Positions 37,644 through 47,115 of a stretch of DNA of 64,000 bases are shown here, in pieces. This DNA is from a bacterium (GTDB taxonomy: Bacteria > Zhuqueibacterota > Zhuqueibacteria > Residuimicrobiales > Krinioviventaceae). Below the pieces are notes generated by a model. It worked only from the letters and a program-made list of their open reading frames with translations, was not told the DNA's origin and searched no databases. Within the stretch, counting starts at the first letter, position 1. Every line of letters starts with the position of its first letter. The stretch is taken from contig CAXXFV010000007.1 in NCBI GenBank assembly GCA_963674595.2, positions 1-64,000 on the forward strand, written 5' to 3'. A program made the translations under genes and the position numbers.

Positions 37644-37694
37644 AACGGTGGTTATATTGTTGGATTATTATCATAAATCAGTTGGAATGCATTG

Positions 37695-38041
37695 ATGGAT
37701 TTTATTATTCGACAAGCACAGTGTTCGGATTTGGAAGAAATTTTTCCTCTGCTTGTTCAACTTTGGCCGGACATGGATTTGGATTTTGTTCTTTAACCAT
37801 AAAAAATAGTTTGTGGCAGTCCGGGCGATTGGGACATGTTGATGAATTGGTCGTTGATAAACAGCATCGGGGAAAAGGGTTGGGTAAAAAATTGTTGGAT
37901 GAAATTGTAAAAATTGCCCTGGAAAATAACTGTAAACGGATTGAGCTTGATTCCGCCTTTCACAGAAAGCAGGCGGATGAATTTTACAAATCATACGGCT
38001 TTGAAAACAGGGCATTTTTGTTTTCGAAAGTTTTAAAATAA
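37695..38041 (+). pseudogene. GNAT acetyltransferase disrupted by an apparent internal deletion and frameshift
   Basis: ATG 37695 frame gives a GNAT-like N-terminus MDFIIRQAQCSDLEEIFPLLVQLWPD and stops at 37796; a second frame carries GFCSLTIKNSLW...DELVVDKQHRGKGLG...FYKSYGF; the junction is at tandem GGATTT (37775-37786). Confidence 0.75.
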
Positions 38042-38213
38042 ACTGATAAAAACAAGGGCTTTTATTTTTTTTAATCAGATTCTCATTTATTCCATGATTG
38101 AATTTTTTATTGCTTCTGGTGGAAATATAATTATATTAAACTAAAGAAATACTGTTGGGAACCGGGAAAAGTACAAGGGTGAAAAGATATTTTTAAATTT
38201 AATGGAGGCATAA

Positions 38214-38429
38214 ATGATTTGTCCTAAATGCGGTCATGAAAATCCGGATGACGCGGGGCAGTGTTTGAATTGTTGTTATAAATTCAGGTTCGGCTATGCT
38301 TACAAAGACCCCCAGAACATGATGTTTTTTGCATCGACTGGTTCTAAAAAGAACAAATTTTCCAGATATTTATTTGTTGCTCTTTTTCTATTAATATTCG
38401 TTTTAATCATTTTGTCATCTCTCAGATAA
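38214..38429 (+). CDS. Small zinc-ribbon protein with C-terminal TM helix
   Basis: CPKCGHEN...CLNC; hydrophobic C-terminus; GGAGG RBS. Confidence 0.75.
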   Translation: MICPKCGHENPDDAGQCLNCCYKFRFGYAYKDPQNMMFFASTGSKKNKFSRYLFVALFLLIFVLIILSSLR

Positions 38430-38462
38430 TTTTAAGCCGGTTTCAGCAGGGTGTCAAGTTTT

Positions 38463-38567
38463 GGGAAAGGTATTCCTTTGTTTGCGAATGTGTCCAAAGA
38501 GACAAGATTTAAAAAGTTAGAAACGTTTGAACCAGGTGTTGCTGCTCTGGTTTATCAAGGGAAATAG
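38463..38567 (+). pseudogene. C-terminal remnant of a RibD-C/dihydrofolate reductase family gene
   Basis: My translation GKGIPLFANVSKETRFKKLETFEPGVAALVYQGK* matches the G.GIPLF...F..G.V.L.Y terminus of this family; no N-terminal part. Confidence 0.55.
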
Positions 38568-38569
38568 AA

Positions 38570-39106
38570 TTGATATTGAATAAAGATAATGATTGTGAAA
38601 ATAGCTATTATTCCCAGTGGTTGGGCAAGGATTTATTAGAGAATAATTTCGATTGGAGTTCTGGTTCAGAAATAACAATGTTTGAGTTTTTAAAAAAGTA
38701 TACGTTGCATGATTCAATTTTGATAAATCTAAATGTTTATCCAGATCAAACAGGAATTGTCGCTATACAGTTTGATTCTTATTGGACAAACGGAAGAATT
38801 CCTTTTCCCGGCTCTCATGTTCGGAGATGGCCTATATTATTATTTTATTTTAATTCGTTATATTATATTTCCTGTTCTCATTCGTTATATGGAGATTCTA
38901 TTTCAAACGCAGAATGTAAGATTATATCAGAAGAGAATCAGAGTGAATTAATGGATAAAGAATTAGGAGTAAAGGGTGAGAGAGAGAAATGTTTGTCTAA
39001 AATATTAAATAGCAATGGTGGCTATATTGAAATAGTACATGATGTTTATGTCAAGATTTTATGTTTTGATTCTAAAAAGGATATTCTAAAATTTCCAGAT
39101 ATATAA
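38570..39106 (+). CDS. Hypothetical protein (AT-rich)
   Basis: 178-aa ORF with an LHDS motif; no recognised family. Confidence 0.6.
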   Translation: MILNKDNDCENSYYSQWLGKDLLENNFDWSSGSEITMFEFLKKYTLHDSILINLNVYPDQTGIVAIQFDSYWTNGRIPFPGSHVRRWPILLFYFNSLYYISCSHSLYGDSISNAECKIISEENQSELMDKELGVKGEREKCLSKILNSNGGYIEIVHDVYVKILCFDSKKDILKFPDI

Positions 39107-39145
39107 TTATAGAATGGTATACAATAATTTATTTGAAAGTAATAC

Positions 39146-39862
39146 ATGAGCGAAAAATATACCCGGACCTTTGCCTACCATTATTCGGCCTTTCGGCCGC
39201 CTCTGCATAAAATGATACTGGAACGTGTTCTGGATAATCATAAAGAATTTGAAAATGGTTTGGATGTCGGATGCGGCACCGGTTATTCGGCTGTTGCCCT
39301 GGCAGAATATTGCCGTCATGTCTATGGTATAGATCCGAGTGAAGAAATGTTGAAACAAGCAGCACCGCATCAAAAAATTACCTATGCTCATGGTTCCGGT
39401 GATTCTCTACCTGTACCGGACAATTCGGTGAGTATCGTTACCTTTGCCGGTTCCTTGTTTTATGCAAAATCTCAGGGACTTGTTCGGGAATTACAACGAG
39501 TGTGTAAAAAACAGGCGGTAATTGTTCCCTATGATTTTGAAATTTTACTAGATGATATTTTACAGAAATGTGGTATTTATCTAAAAAAGACAATATCTGA
39601 ATATGACCATAAAGTAAATTTTACGGGAAACCCAAATTTTTCCGAAATTTTGGCAGGCAATGAACAAATAAGCCTTGATGTAACCGCGACTGAGCTGGCA
39701 CATGTAATATTAGCTGATTCGAATTATTTTAAAGTTGTTTCAGAGAAATATAATGTATCTGATCCCTTTTCTGACCTTGTCCGTGAATTGGAAATATTAA
39801 ATACGCACCATAGTTTATCGGCAAATATTTATTTTTCAAAATATATTTTAAAAGCAAATTAA
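39146..39862 (+). CDS. Class I SAM-dependent methyltransferase
   Basis: YSAFRPP, LDVGCGTG, GIDPSEEML, SLPVPDNSV. Confidence 0.9.
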   Translation: MSEKYTRTFAYHYSAFRPPLHKMILERVLDNHKEFENGLDVGCGTGYSAVALAEYCRHVYGIDPSEEMLKQAAPHQKITYAHGSGDSLPVPDNSVSIVTFAGSLFYAKSQGLVRELQRVCKKQAVIVPYDFEILLDDILQKCGIYLKKTISEYDHKVNFTGNPNFSEILAGNEQISLDVTATELAHVILADSNYFKVVSEKYNVSDPFSDLVRELEILNTHHSLSANIYFSKYILKAN

Positions 39863-40005
39863 CGTGTTTTAATTTTCGATAATTTAAATTTATTCTTCAA
39901 TTAAAGTGTTTTAATTAAAGTAGGCTCTGTTTAAAATGGTGGAATTAAACGGCTTGATCTTTTCACTCCGAAATGTGGTCAAAAATAGCTAAAGGAGAAA
40001 ATATT

Positions 40006-40551
40006 ATGGATTGTCCAAAATGTAAAATCGAACTGCACGAAAAAACTATTCAAGGTATCAAGGTTGAAGAATGCTGTAAATGTGAAGGAATCTGGTTTGA
40101 TAAAGATGAACTGCGACAGGTAAAAGATAAAACCGATGCCGATCTTAATTGGGTGGATTTTGAAATTTGGAAACACCCTGAAAATTTTAAAGCCGGTACC
40201 CATAAATATCAATGCTCTCAATGCGGAAATACAATGAGTGTACTTGATTATGCCGATACCCATGTTGAAATAGACTATTGCACCAACTGTCAGTCTATCT
40301 GGCTGGATAAAAATGAACTGGAAAAAATTGTTAGTGTCCTGGAAGATGATCTGCTTACAAAATCTATGGGTGACTATGTAAAGGCCGCTTTGGAAGAGGC
40401 CAAAGAGCTTTTTCAGGGATCAGAGTCCTTTTTTTCCGAATGGAAAGATTTTACAACGATTCTCAGGTTTTTACAGTATAGAATTTTAGCCAATCATCCT
40501 TCGTTGATGAACACAATAACAGAAATTCAGAAAAATCCATTAAATCGATAG
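40006..40551 (+). CDS. Double zf-TFIIB-like zinc-ribbon protein
   Basis: CPKC...CCKCEGIWFDKDEL and CSQC...CTNCQSIWLDKNEL; AAGGAG RBS before ATG 40006. Confidence 0.85.
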   Translation: MDCPKCKIELHEKTIQGIKVEECCKCEGIWFDKDELRQVKDKTDADLNWVDFEIWKHPENFKAGTHKYQCSQCGNTMSVLDYADTHVEIDYCTNCQSIWLDKNELEKIVSVLEDDLLTKSMGDYVKAALEEAKELFQGSESFFSEWKDFTTILRFLQYRILANHPSLMNTITEIQKNPLNR

Positions 40552-40643
40552 GTTATCGTTCGTTAAATTGAATGGTACTTTTTAGAACGTCAGTTAGTGT
40601 TGCTTTGCCTGGTTTGAAAATTTTAAGTCGAGAGATAATATTT

Positions 40644-41795
40644 ATGTTTGTGAAAAAGGCTGTTCTTTTATTTTCAATGTTCCTTTTTTTCGTGCAGTGT
40701 GGTATGGAATCCCAAAAGGTCCCTGTTGTTCTTGTTGATAAACAGGCTACCTGTGAAACAAAAAATTTATATCAAAATTTGTTTGCGTTCAGCATGGGTA
40801 AATTACTTTTTGGACACCAGGATGATCCGGCATACGGCATTATGTATAACAGCAAAAAGAGCGATGAGCGTTCGGATGTCAAAATTATTCTGGATGATTA
40901 TCCGGCAGTGGCCGGATGGGACATCGGACATTTGGAAACAGGGAGTACACAAAACCTGGACAGTGTTTCTTTTGATTTGATGAAAAAGTGGATTAACGAT
41001 ATTTTTGAAATGAACGGCATCAATACCATTAGCTGGCATGCCGATAATCCTGTTTCCGGCGGCACTACCTGGGACGCGAGTCATGCTGTTTCTGATATTT
41101 TGCCAAATGGCATGTATCATAGTAAATATATAGCCTGGCTCGATACCCTGGGAGGATTTTTCAATTCGCTTCAAACTACGGACGGCACCAGGATTCCGAT
41201 TATTTTCCGACCTTTTCATGAACATACTCATAGCGCTTTTTGGTGGGGGCAGAATAACTGTACGACAGATGAATTTATTCAATTATGGCGTTTTACAGTC
41301 GATTATTTAAAAAACAATTGTAACGTTCATCATCTGATTTACGCCTATTCACCCCATGATGTCAAAAACTATTCGGAATATATGGAACGTTATCCCGGAG
41401 ATGATTATGTGGATGTTATGGGAGTGGATTATTATTTTTGGGGTGAGGTTGATGAAAATAATATAGCGCATTATATTGACCGGTTGGTGCTGAACTGTAA
41501 AATGGCAGAGAGGGCTGCAAAAGAGCACCATAAAATAGCAGCCTTGACTGAAACCGGCAGAGAAAATCTGGATATAAATAACTGGTTCACCTCATGCTTG
41601 CTAAATCCATTAAAAGAGCATCATCTTTTGCAATCCATGGTTTATGCCCTTGTGTGGCGAAATGCCAGGAAAAACCATCATTTTGCTCCCTACAAGGGAC
41701 ATGCGAGTGAAGCGGATTTTAAACGGTTTTATAATGATAAAACAACGGTCTTTTTAAAAAATATGAGGAATTTATATAAAAAATCGGATAAATAG
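40644..41795 (+). CDS. GH26 beta-mannanase (lipoprotein-like)
   Basis: FGHQDD, TISWH, IIFRPFHE...FWWG, YPGDDYVDVMGVDYY, ALTETG, LVWRNA. Confidence 0.92.
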   Translation: MFVKKAVLLFSMFLFFVQCGMESQKVPVVLVDKQATCETKNLYQNLFAFSMGKLLFGHQDDPAYGIMYNSKKSDERSDVKIILDDYPAVAGWDIGHLETGSTQNLDSVSFDLMKKWINDIFEMNGINTISWHADNPVSGGTTWDASHAVSDILPNGMYHSKYIAWLDTLGGFFNSLQTTDGTRIPIIFRPFHEHTHSAFWWGQNNCTTDEFIQLWRFTVDYLKNNCNVHHLIYAYSPHDVKNYSEYMERYPGDDYVDVMGVDYYFWGEVDENNIAHYIDRLVLNCKMAERAAKEHHKIAALTETGRENLDINNWFTSCLLNPLKEHHLLQSMVYALVWRNARKNHHFAPYKGHASEADFKRFYNDKTTVFLKNMRNLYKKSDK

Positions 41796-41851
41796 AGATG
41801 GTTTGGTAAAATAAATTCCAAGTTAAGTTTATAATTTAAAAGGGGTCAGCT

Positions 41852-42598
41852 ATGAAATATTTTACATTTCTATTTCTGCTGGTGTTTATTAATTCATGTC
41901 AACAGGATTTTATAAATACGGAACCGTTACTCTATTCGGAAAAGGACTTGCAGCCTTTGACTGACTCAATACGAATACTTTACTATGATGATGCCGCATA
42001 TATTGAATTTTGTCAGGTACAAAAAGATCCTTTTGCCAGGTATAACCAGATCGAATTGAATGAGAATCGTATTTTATTCTATCAAAACGATTTGCTGAAT
42101 ATTTATGAAAATTGTTATAAAATGAGCAATTCTCTGGTCGAAAATATTCACCACATCCATACACATGGGACTGTCATCCTTTATGGAACAAGTGTTAGTG
42201 TGGATACAAACAAAACCTGGTCACGAAACTGGCAAAAAGGTAAAGAGACCGGTATCACCGGTATAGATGGTTTGATTAAACAGTATGAACTTGAGGTGAA
42301 TTCTTTATTTGAATCTCATGGTCGTATTTGGTATCACATTGCTTCCTCAAAACCCCTCAACACGGTCGCCCTTGTAGAAAAGTTAAATGATACTGCCGAG
42401 TTTGTTCATGTTGAAAGGGAAGGTATAATCGGTAGCGGGTCCTCTATTCGTTTGGAAAAGGATGGTGAATACAGATATTATAAATATATCTATGGCTGGG
42501 GTGACTGTCCATCCGGTTGTATATATCATCACTATTGGACGATTAAAGTGGGCGGTCGTGAAATTGAGCTTATTAAAGAAGGCGGGGACGATTTGTAA
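41852..42598 (+). CDS. Hypothetical lipoprotein with GWGDCPSGC motif
   Basis: Lipobox-like INSC; Cys/Trp-rich C-terminal motif. Confidence 0.7.
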   Translation: MKYFTFLFLLVFINSCQQDFINTEPLLYSEKDLQPLTDSIRILYYDDAAYIEFCQVQKDPFARYNQIELNENRILFYQNDLLNIYENCYKMSNSLVENIHHIHTHGTVILYGTSVSVDTNKTWSRNWQKGKETGITGIDGLIKQYELEVNSLFESHGRIWYHIASSKPLNTVALVEKLNDTAEFVHVEREGIIGSGSSIRLEKDGEYRYYKYIYGWGDCPSGCIYHHYWTIKVGGREIELIKEGGDDL

Positions 42599-42754
42599 GA
42601 AAAAATATGGGCATTCAAGGAATTTTTTCTTTTGGAATCTGATAATAATTATGGGTATATTAAAAAATTTTATACCGAAAAAAATCTGGCATTTTTGTAA
42701 AAAATGTTTTATGATATGCCGGTACTATGAACTTTTATTTAACACTATTATTTC

Positions 42755-43159
42755 ATGATTAAGATTTTACTTGTTATCGTTGGTTATATATCTCTGGCGC
42801 TGGGAATCGTTGGGATATTCTTGCCGCTTATTCCCACAACGCCGTTTTTGTTACTGGCAGCCATGTCTTTTTTGCACAGTTCAAACAAGTTGTACAACTG
42901 GCTTGTCACTCATAGAATTTTCGGTACATATATAAACGGTTATTTACAATTTCGGGCTATTTCAACAGCCTCAAAAATTGTTACTATGGTGTTGTTATGG
43001 GGTGTTATCGGCACGACTATAATTTTTCACACAGATATTTTCTGGCTCAGGGTTGTTTTGCTTTTAATTGCCGTATCTGTTTCGGTCCATATTTTAATGT
43101 TACGGACGCTTACCAAAGAGATGATGAAACAATTAAAGGTTGAAAAAGAATCATATTAA
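42755..43159 (+). CDS. ybaN: YbaN/DUF454 family membrane protein
   Basis: LGIVGIFLPLIPTTPFLLLAA...SS...WL..H..FG.YI. Confidence 0.9.
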   Translation: MIKILLVIVGYISLALGIVGIFLPLIPTTPFLLLAAMSFLHSSNKLYNWLVTHRIFGTYINGYLQFRAISTASKIVTMVLLWGVIGTTIIFHTDIFWLRVVLLLIAVSVSVHILMLRTLTKEMMKQLKVEKESY

Positions 43160-43534
43160 TTGTTATTTATCAAGAGTTCTCGCTGAAATGAGAATCCGGA
43201 TTTATTGAAATTTTTCAAATATTTTTAGAAATATAACTTGCACACTAAAAGTATGTTTTGTTATATTCTTTTTTCAAGATTGCTGATTACTTTTAACATG
43301 GGTGTTTATCAGGGTCAGGTAATTCTTTTTTTTATTTTCCTTTTTTCAAGTAAGGGTTTGCTGAACAAAACAAATTAATAAAATCTAATTTCAGGTAATA
43401 TTATGTTCAGTTCAAGTATCAAAATTAATACGTCGGAATGCGAGTTGTTTATATTGGTACTAAAATTTATCCCTAAAAACCGGGTATTTTGTTAAGAAAT
43501 AGTTTTATAATAATTATTAAAGAAAGGGAGCATA

Positions 43535-44692
43535 ATGAAAATACGGTCGATTCCAGTTATTTTAGCAGTCCTGTTTTTATTTTCATGTGGACCAAAACTG
43601 ATAATTGATGAAGATCTAAATAGTCTTTCAAAATCCCTGCAAAATGATCCCAATAGTGCTGTCGCGCATTTTAATGTCGGAGTAAAACACTATTCCATGG
43701 AAGAATTTGACAAAGCGATAAAATATTTCAACTCTTCAATTGAAAGGGATCCTCATTTTGCATTGGCATATTTTGGACTCTATTGTGCCGGCGTAGTAAG
43801 GGATAAGCAGATTCATATAGAAATATTAAAGGAAGAACCTGATCCGGCTTTTAAAAGTACGATTGATTCTTTGAATTACTATTTTAACAGCGCATTGACC
43901 TATGATCCTTTTTTGGACTGGAAGCTCTTTACGTTGTTGCTTCCCAAAAAAGAAACAGCAGCTAATATGTATACGCAGGAGGTTTTGGATGAGCTATATA
44001 AAATCCTTCACGACGGTTTCAGAGAGTTCCTGTTGGGAAATTATAAAAATGCTGTGACAGAGCTTGATTATTCGTTAGCCAAATTACCCGACTTTGATCA
44101 GGCTAAATATGTGCGTGGGCTTGCAAAAGCGCATCTAGCCGATTACAACGGGGCAATAACAGATTTTAAATCTCTTACGGATGAGAAAGAAAAAAATAAT
44201 AAAGAAAAAATATTGCCTATTTATCAAAAATCATCAGAGTTGTATTTTTTAATTGGTTCTGCATATTTGAAATTAAATGATCTGGAAAATGCAAAAAATA
44301 GTTTTGAAAAGGTATTGGAAGAAGACCTGAGTTTTTTTATGGCCCATGTCCAGCTTTCCAATATCTATCAACAACTTGGAAATTATAAAGAAGCGCTGAA
44401 CGAAATAGATGCCGCTTTATTCTTGGAACCTGATGATCCGGTTCTCTTGTACAATAAAGGTGTTTTTTGGGCTAAACTTGGAAAGACTGATAATGCTATA
44501 CAAGCTTACAAGGGCTCAATTGAAAAAAACGAATTTTCATATAAAGCTTTTTATAATCTTGGATATGTCTATGAGAAAATGAATAATAAAAGTGAAGCAA
44601 AAAAATATTATTCAAATTTTATCAAAAAAGCCCCGCTTTCTTCTCAAAAGCTGATTGAACAGACAAAGTCAAAAATTATGAATTGGGAATAA
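43535..44692 (+). CDS. TPR-repeat lipoprotein
   Basis: Lipobox LFSC; multiple TPR units (AHFNVG, LYFLIG, LLYNKG, AFYNLG). Confidence 0.88.
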   Translation: MKIRSIPVILAVLFLFSCGPKLIIDEDLNSLSKSLQNDPNSAVAHFNVGVKHYSMEEFDKAIKYFNSSIERDPHFALAYFGLYCAGVVRDKQIHIEILKEEPDPAFKSTIDSLNYYFNSALTYDPFLDWKLFTLLLPKKETAANMYTQEVLDELYKILHDGFREFLLGNYKNAVTELDYSLAKLPDFDQAKYVRGLAKAHLADYNGAITDFKSLTDEKEKNNKEKILPIYQKSSELYFLIGSAYLKLNDLENAKNSFEKVLEEDLSFFMAHVQLSNIYQQLGNYKEALNEIDAALFLEPDDPVLLYNKGVFWAKLGKTDNAIQAYKGSIEKNEFSYKAFYNLGYVYEKMNNKSEAKKYYSNFIKKAPLSSQKLIEQTKSKIMNWE

Positions 44693-44693
44693 A

Positions 44694-46232
44694 ATGAAAA
44701 AGAGAATATTAATAGTAATTTTTTTTCTAGGATTTGGTGTGAATGCAATTTTTGCGCAGGCGTATAAAGATTTGCGGCTGTTTTCTACTGTTATTAATCA
44801 TGTTACATCCAATTATCTGGTTGAAAAAAACAGCTCCGAATTAATATATTACGCAATAAATGGCGTATTACGGTCTCTTGATCCGCACTGCATTTATCTT
44901 AATCCTGAGCAATTTTCCCGTTTTGCCATGATTAGTCAGGGGAAAATGTATGGGATAGGAATTGAATTATATATGGTGTCCGATTCTCCTCTAGTCGTGA
45001 ATGTCGTTGAAAACAGTCCGGCAGATAAATCAGGTATTATGCCGGGCGACATATTAAAAAAAATTAACGGCGTCTCAATCGGTAATTTAACTTTACCCGA
45101 ATTGAAATTAAAGTTTTATGGTGAGGAGGGAAGCAAGGTTTTAATGACATTTCACCGGCATCATACAGATTCCGACTATGATGTTAATGTAGAAAGAAAA
45201 GAAATTGACCAGCCTTCAATCTCTCATTTTTTTAGGTTGGATAATAACACGATATATTTAAAGTGTACGAATTTTTCTTTAAAAACGGCGGAAGAGTTTT
45301 ATGATCATTTAAAAAAAATTGAACCTGACGATTCTGAAAAATTAATTATTGATTTACGAAATAATCCAGGTGGAGAATTACAAAATACCATAAATGTTGC
45401 AAAATATTTTTTGGCAAAAGGTGATACGATTTCGAAAACAATTGGAAGAAAAACCGGGATAAATGAAGTATATGTTAATAAAAAAAATGGTTTTTTTAAA
45501 TTGCCTGTGATCGTTCTCGTAAACCGCAGTTCTGCAAGTGCATCCGAACTACTGGCAGGAGCATTACAGGATAATGACCGGGGTTTAATAATTGGTACCA
45601 ATACATTTGGTAAAGGTTTAATTCAAAGTACCTTTTATCTTGATAATGGCGGCGCAATACTCATGACTATCGGCAAGTATTTAACGCCCTCGGGCAGGTC
45701 CATTCAAAGAGAATTTAAAGATATCCCTTTTGAAAAATATTACAGCCAGATATATAATACCGATTCTTTGAATTATAAGGAAAACCGTTCTGTTTTTAAA
45801 AGTAAAAATAACAGAGAAATTTACGGTGGGGGTGGGGTCATTCCGGATATTTTTATAGAGAGTCAAAATTTGAAATTTGAAGATTTGGATCCAGGTGATC
45901 TAAAATTGTATTTTATAAATTTTGCTTCGAATTATTTACACGAAAATAAAGGTTTTTATAGCCGGTATATAAAATTTTCTGATTTTGACCGGTCTTTTTA
46001 TCTCACAGAAGAAGCATTTAAAAAGACAAATGGCCTGGTTAAAGATATGGATGAAATAATTGACAAAATTGAATTCAATCAGAGTCTTCACAGGTTGATT
46101 AAATCAAATATTGCTGAAATGGTCTGGGGCCCGGAAGAGGCCTTTCTTGTTTTGTTGAAAACAGATAATCAATTAAAAAAAGCAGTCTCATTAAGATCGT
46201 CTCAGGTTGAATATTATCTAAAGCCACATTAG
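44694..46232 (+). CDS. S41A carboxy-terminal processing peptidase (CtpA-like, PDZ domain)
   Basis: LDPH, GIGI (PDZ), IIDLRNNPGG, SASASE, TFGKGLIQ, YLTPSGRSIQ, GGGVIPD. Confidence 0.93.
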   Translation: MKKRILIVIFFLGFGVNAIFAQAYKDLRLFSTVINHVTSNYLVEKNSSELIYYAINGVLRSLDPHCIYLNPEQFSRFAMISQGKMYGIGIELYMVSDSPLVVNVVENSPADKSGIMPGDILKKINGVSIGNLTLPELKLKFYGEEGSKVLMTFHRHHTDSDYDVNVERKEIDQPSISHFFRLDNNTIYLKCTNFSLKTAEEFYDHLKKIEPDDSEKLIIDLRNNPGGELQNTINVAKYFLAKGDTISKTIGRKTGINEVYVNKKNGFFKLPVIVLVNRSSASASELLAGALQDNDRGLIIGTNTFGKGLIQSTFYLDNGGAILMTIGKYLTPSGRSIQREFKDIPFEKYYSQIYNTDSLNYKENRSVFKSKNNREIYGGGGVIPDIFIESQNLKFEDLDPGDLKLYFINFASNYLHENKGFYSRYIKFSDFDRSFYLTEEAFKKTNGLVKDMDEIIDKIEFNQSLHRLIKSNIAEMVWGPEEAFLVLLKTDNQLKKAVSLRSSQVEYYLKPH

Positions 46233-46322
46233 ATTGATTGATCTGTTTGCAAGGAAAATTCTACAATGAATTTTTTAAAACATTGAGGATTTCAGTTTTT
46301 CTGTTAAACCAGAGGAAAAGTT

Positions 46323-46991
46323 ATGAAAAAGTTTATTTGTGTTATTGCATTCGTTTCACTGTTGTCCTGTTCTTCACCAGGATATTATTCAACTAACAGT
46401 TACGAACCGTCATCAATAAAAGATGGTAGTTATATCGTAGATGGGGTGACTACGGTTGCTGAAATGTCTTTTCAGCGAAAAGTCATTTATGATGTTTATT
46501 TTTCCCTCGAATCCAACCAACCGGATAGTGTGATTAAGGATATTCAGGAGCTTGCTAAAAATTGTCACGGTTATATTGTTTTTACACGTAAAAAGAATAT
46601 TAAAATTCGGGTTCCTGTTAAAGAAACGTCCGGTTTAGTCAACCAAATAGAAACATTGGCCAAGGTCGTCGATAAATATGTTTCAGGGCAGGATGTAACG
46701 GAAGAATATTTTGATCTGGAAATTAAAATTGACAATATTGAAAAGGCGCGCAAAAGATATTTGGAATTATTGGCCAAGGCAGAAAATGTACCAGCAGCGC
46801 TTAGCATTGAAAAAGAGTTGGAGAGGCTTCAACGAGAGCTGGACTTGTTAAAAGGTCGTGAAAACAAACTAGAACATTTAATTGCTTATGTGACAATAAA
46901 TGTTGACGTCAATAACTTTGTCAAGCCTGGTCCTTTGGGTTATATTGGTGTTGGTTTATACAAGGCCGTTAAATGGCTTTTTGTTTGGTGA
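46323..46991 (+). CDS. DUF4349 domain lipoprotein
   Basis: Lipobox LLSC; IRVP, DVTEEYFDL, IEKELERLQRELDLLKG. Confidence 0.85.
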   Translation: MKKFICVIAFVSLLSCSSPGYYSTNSYEPSSIKDGSYIVDGVTTVAEMSFQRKVIYDVYFSLESNQPDSVIKDIQELAKNCHGYIVFTRKKNIKIRVPVKETSGLVNQIETLAKVVDKYVSGQDVTEEYFDLEIKIDNIEKARKRYLELLAKAENVPAALSIEKELERLQRELDLLKGRENKLEHLIAYVTINVDVNNFVKPGPLGYIGVGLYKAVKWLFVW

Positions 46992-47058
46992 TGTAAAGAG
47001 TTGGTTTTCTAAAATTAAATGAAATTAGCAATTGTTGGTTAATTCATATTATAAAAAC

Positions 47059-47100
47059 AAAAAAGGCACACTGGTTCACAAATACAGTGTGCCTTTTTTT
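47059..47100. terminator. Bidirectional terminator
   Basis: AAAAAAGGCACACTG-loop-CAGTGTGCCTTTTTT. Confidence 0.85.
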
Positions 47101-47115
47101 AAATATTAATCTTCC

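Noticed and set aside
43160-43534. 375-nt intergenic region as an ncRNA or riboswitch
   Set aside because: AT-rich with promoter-like elements only; no recognisable conserved RNA structure.
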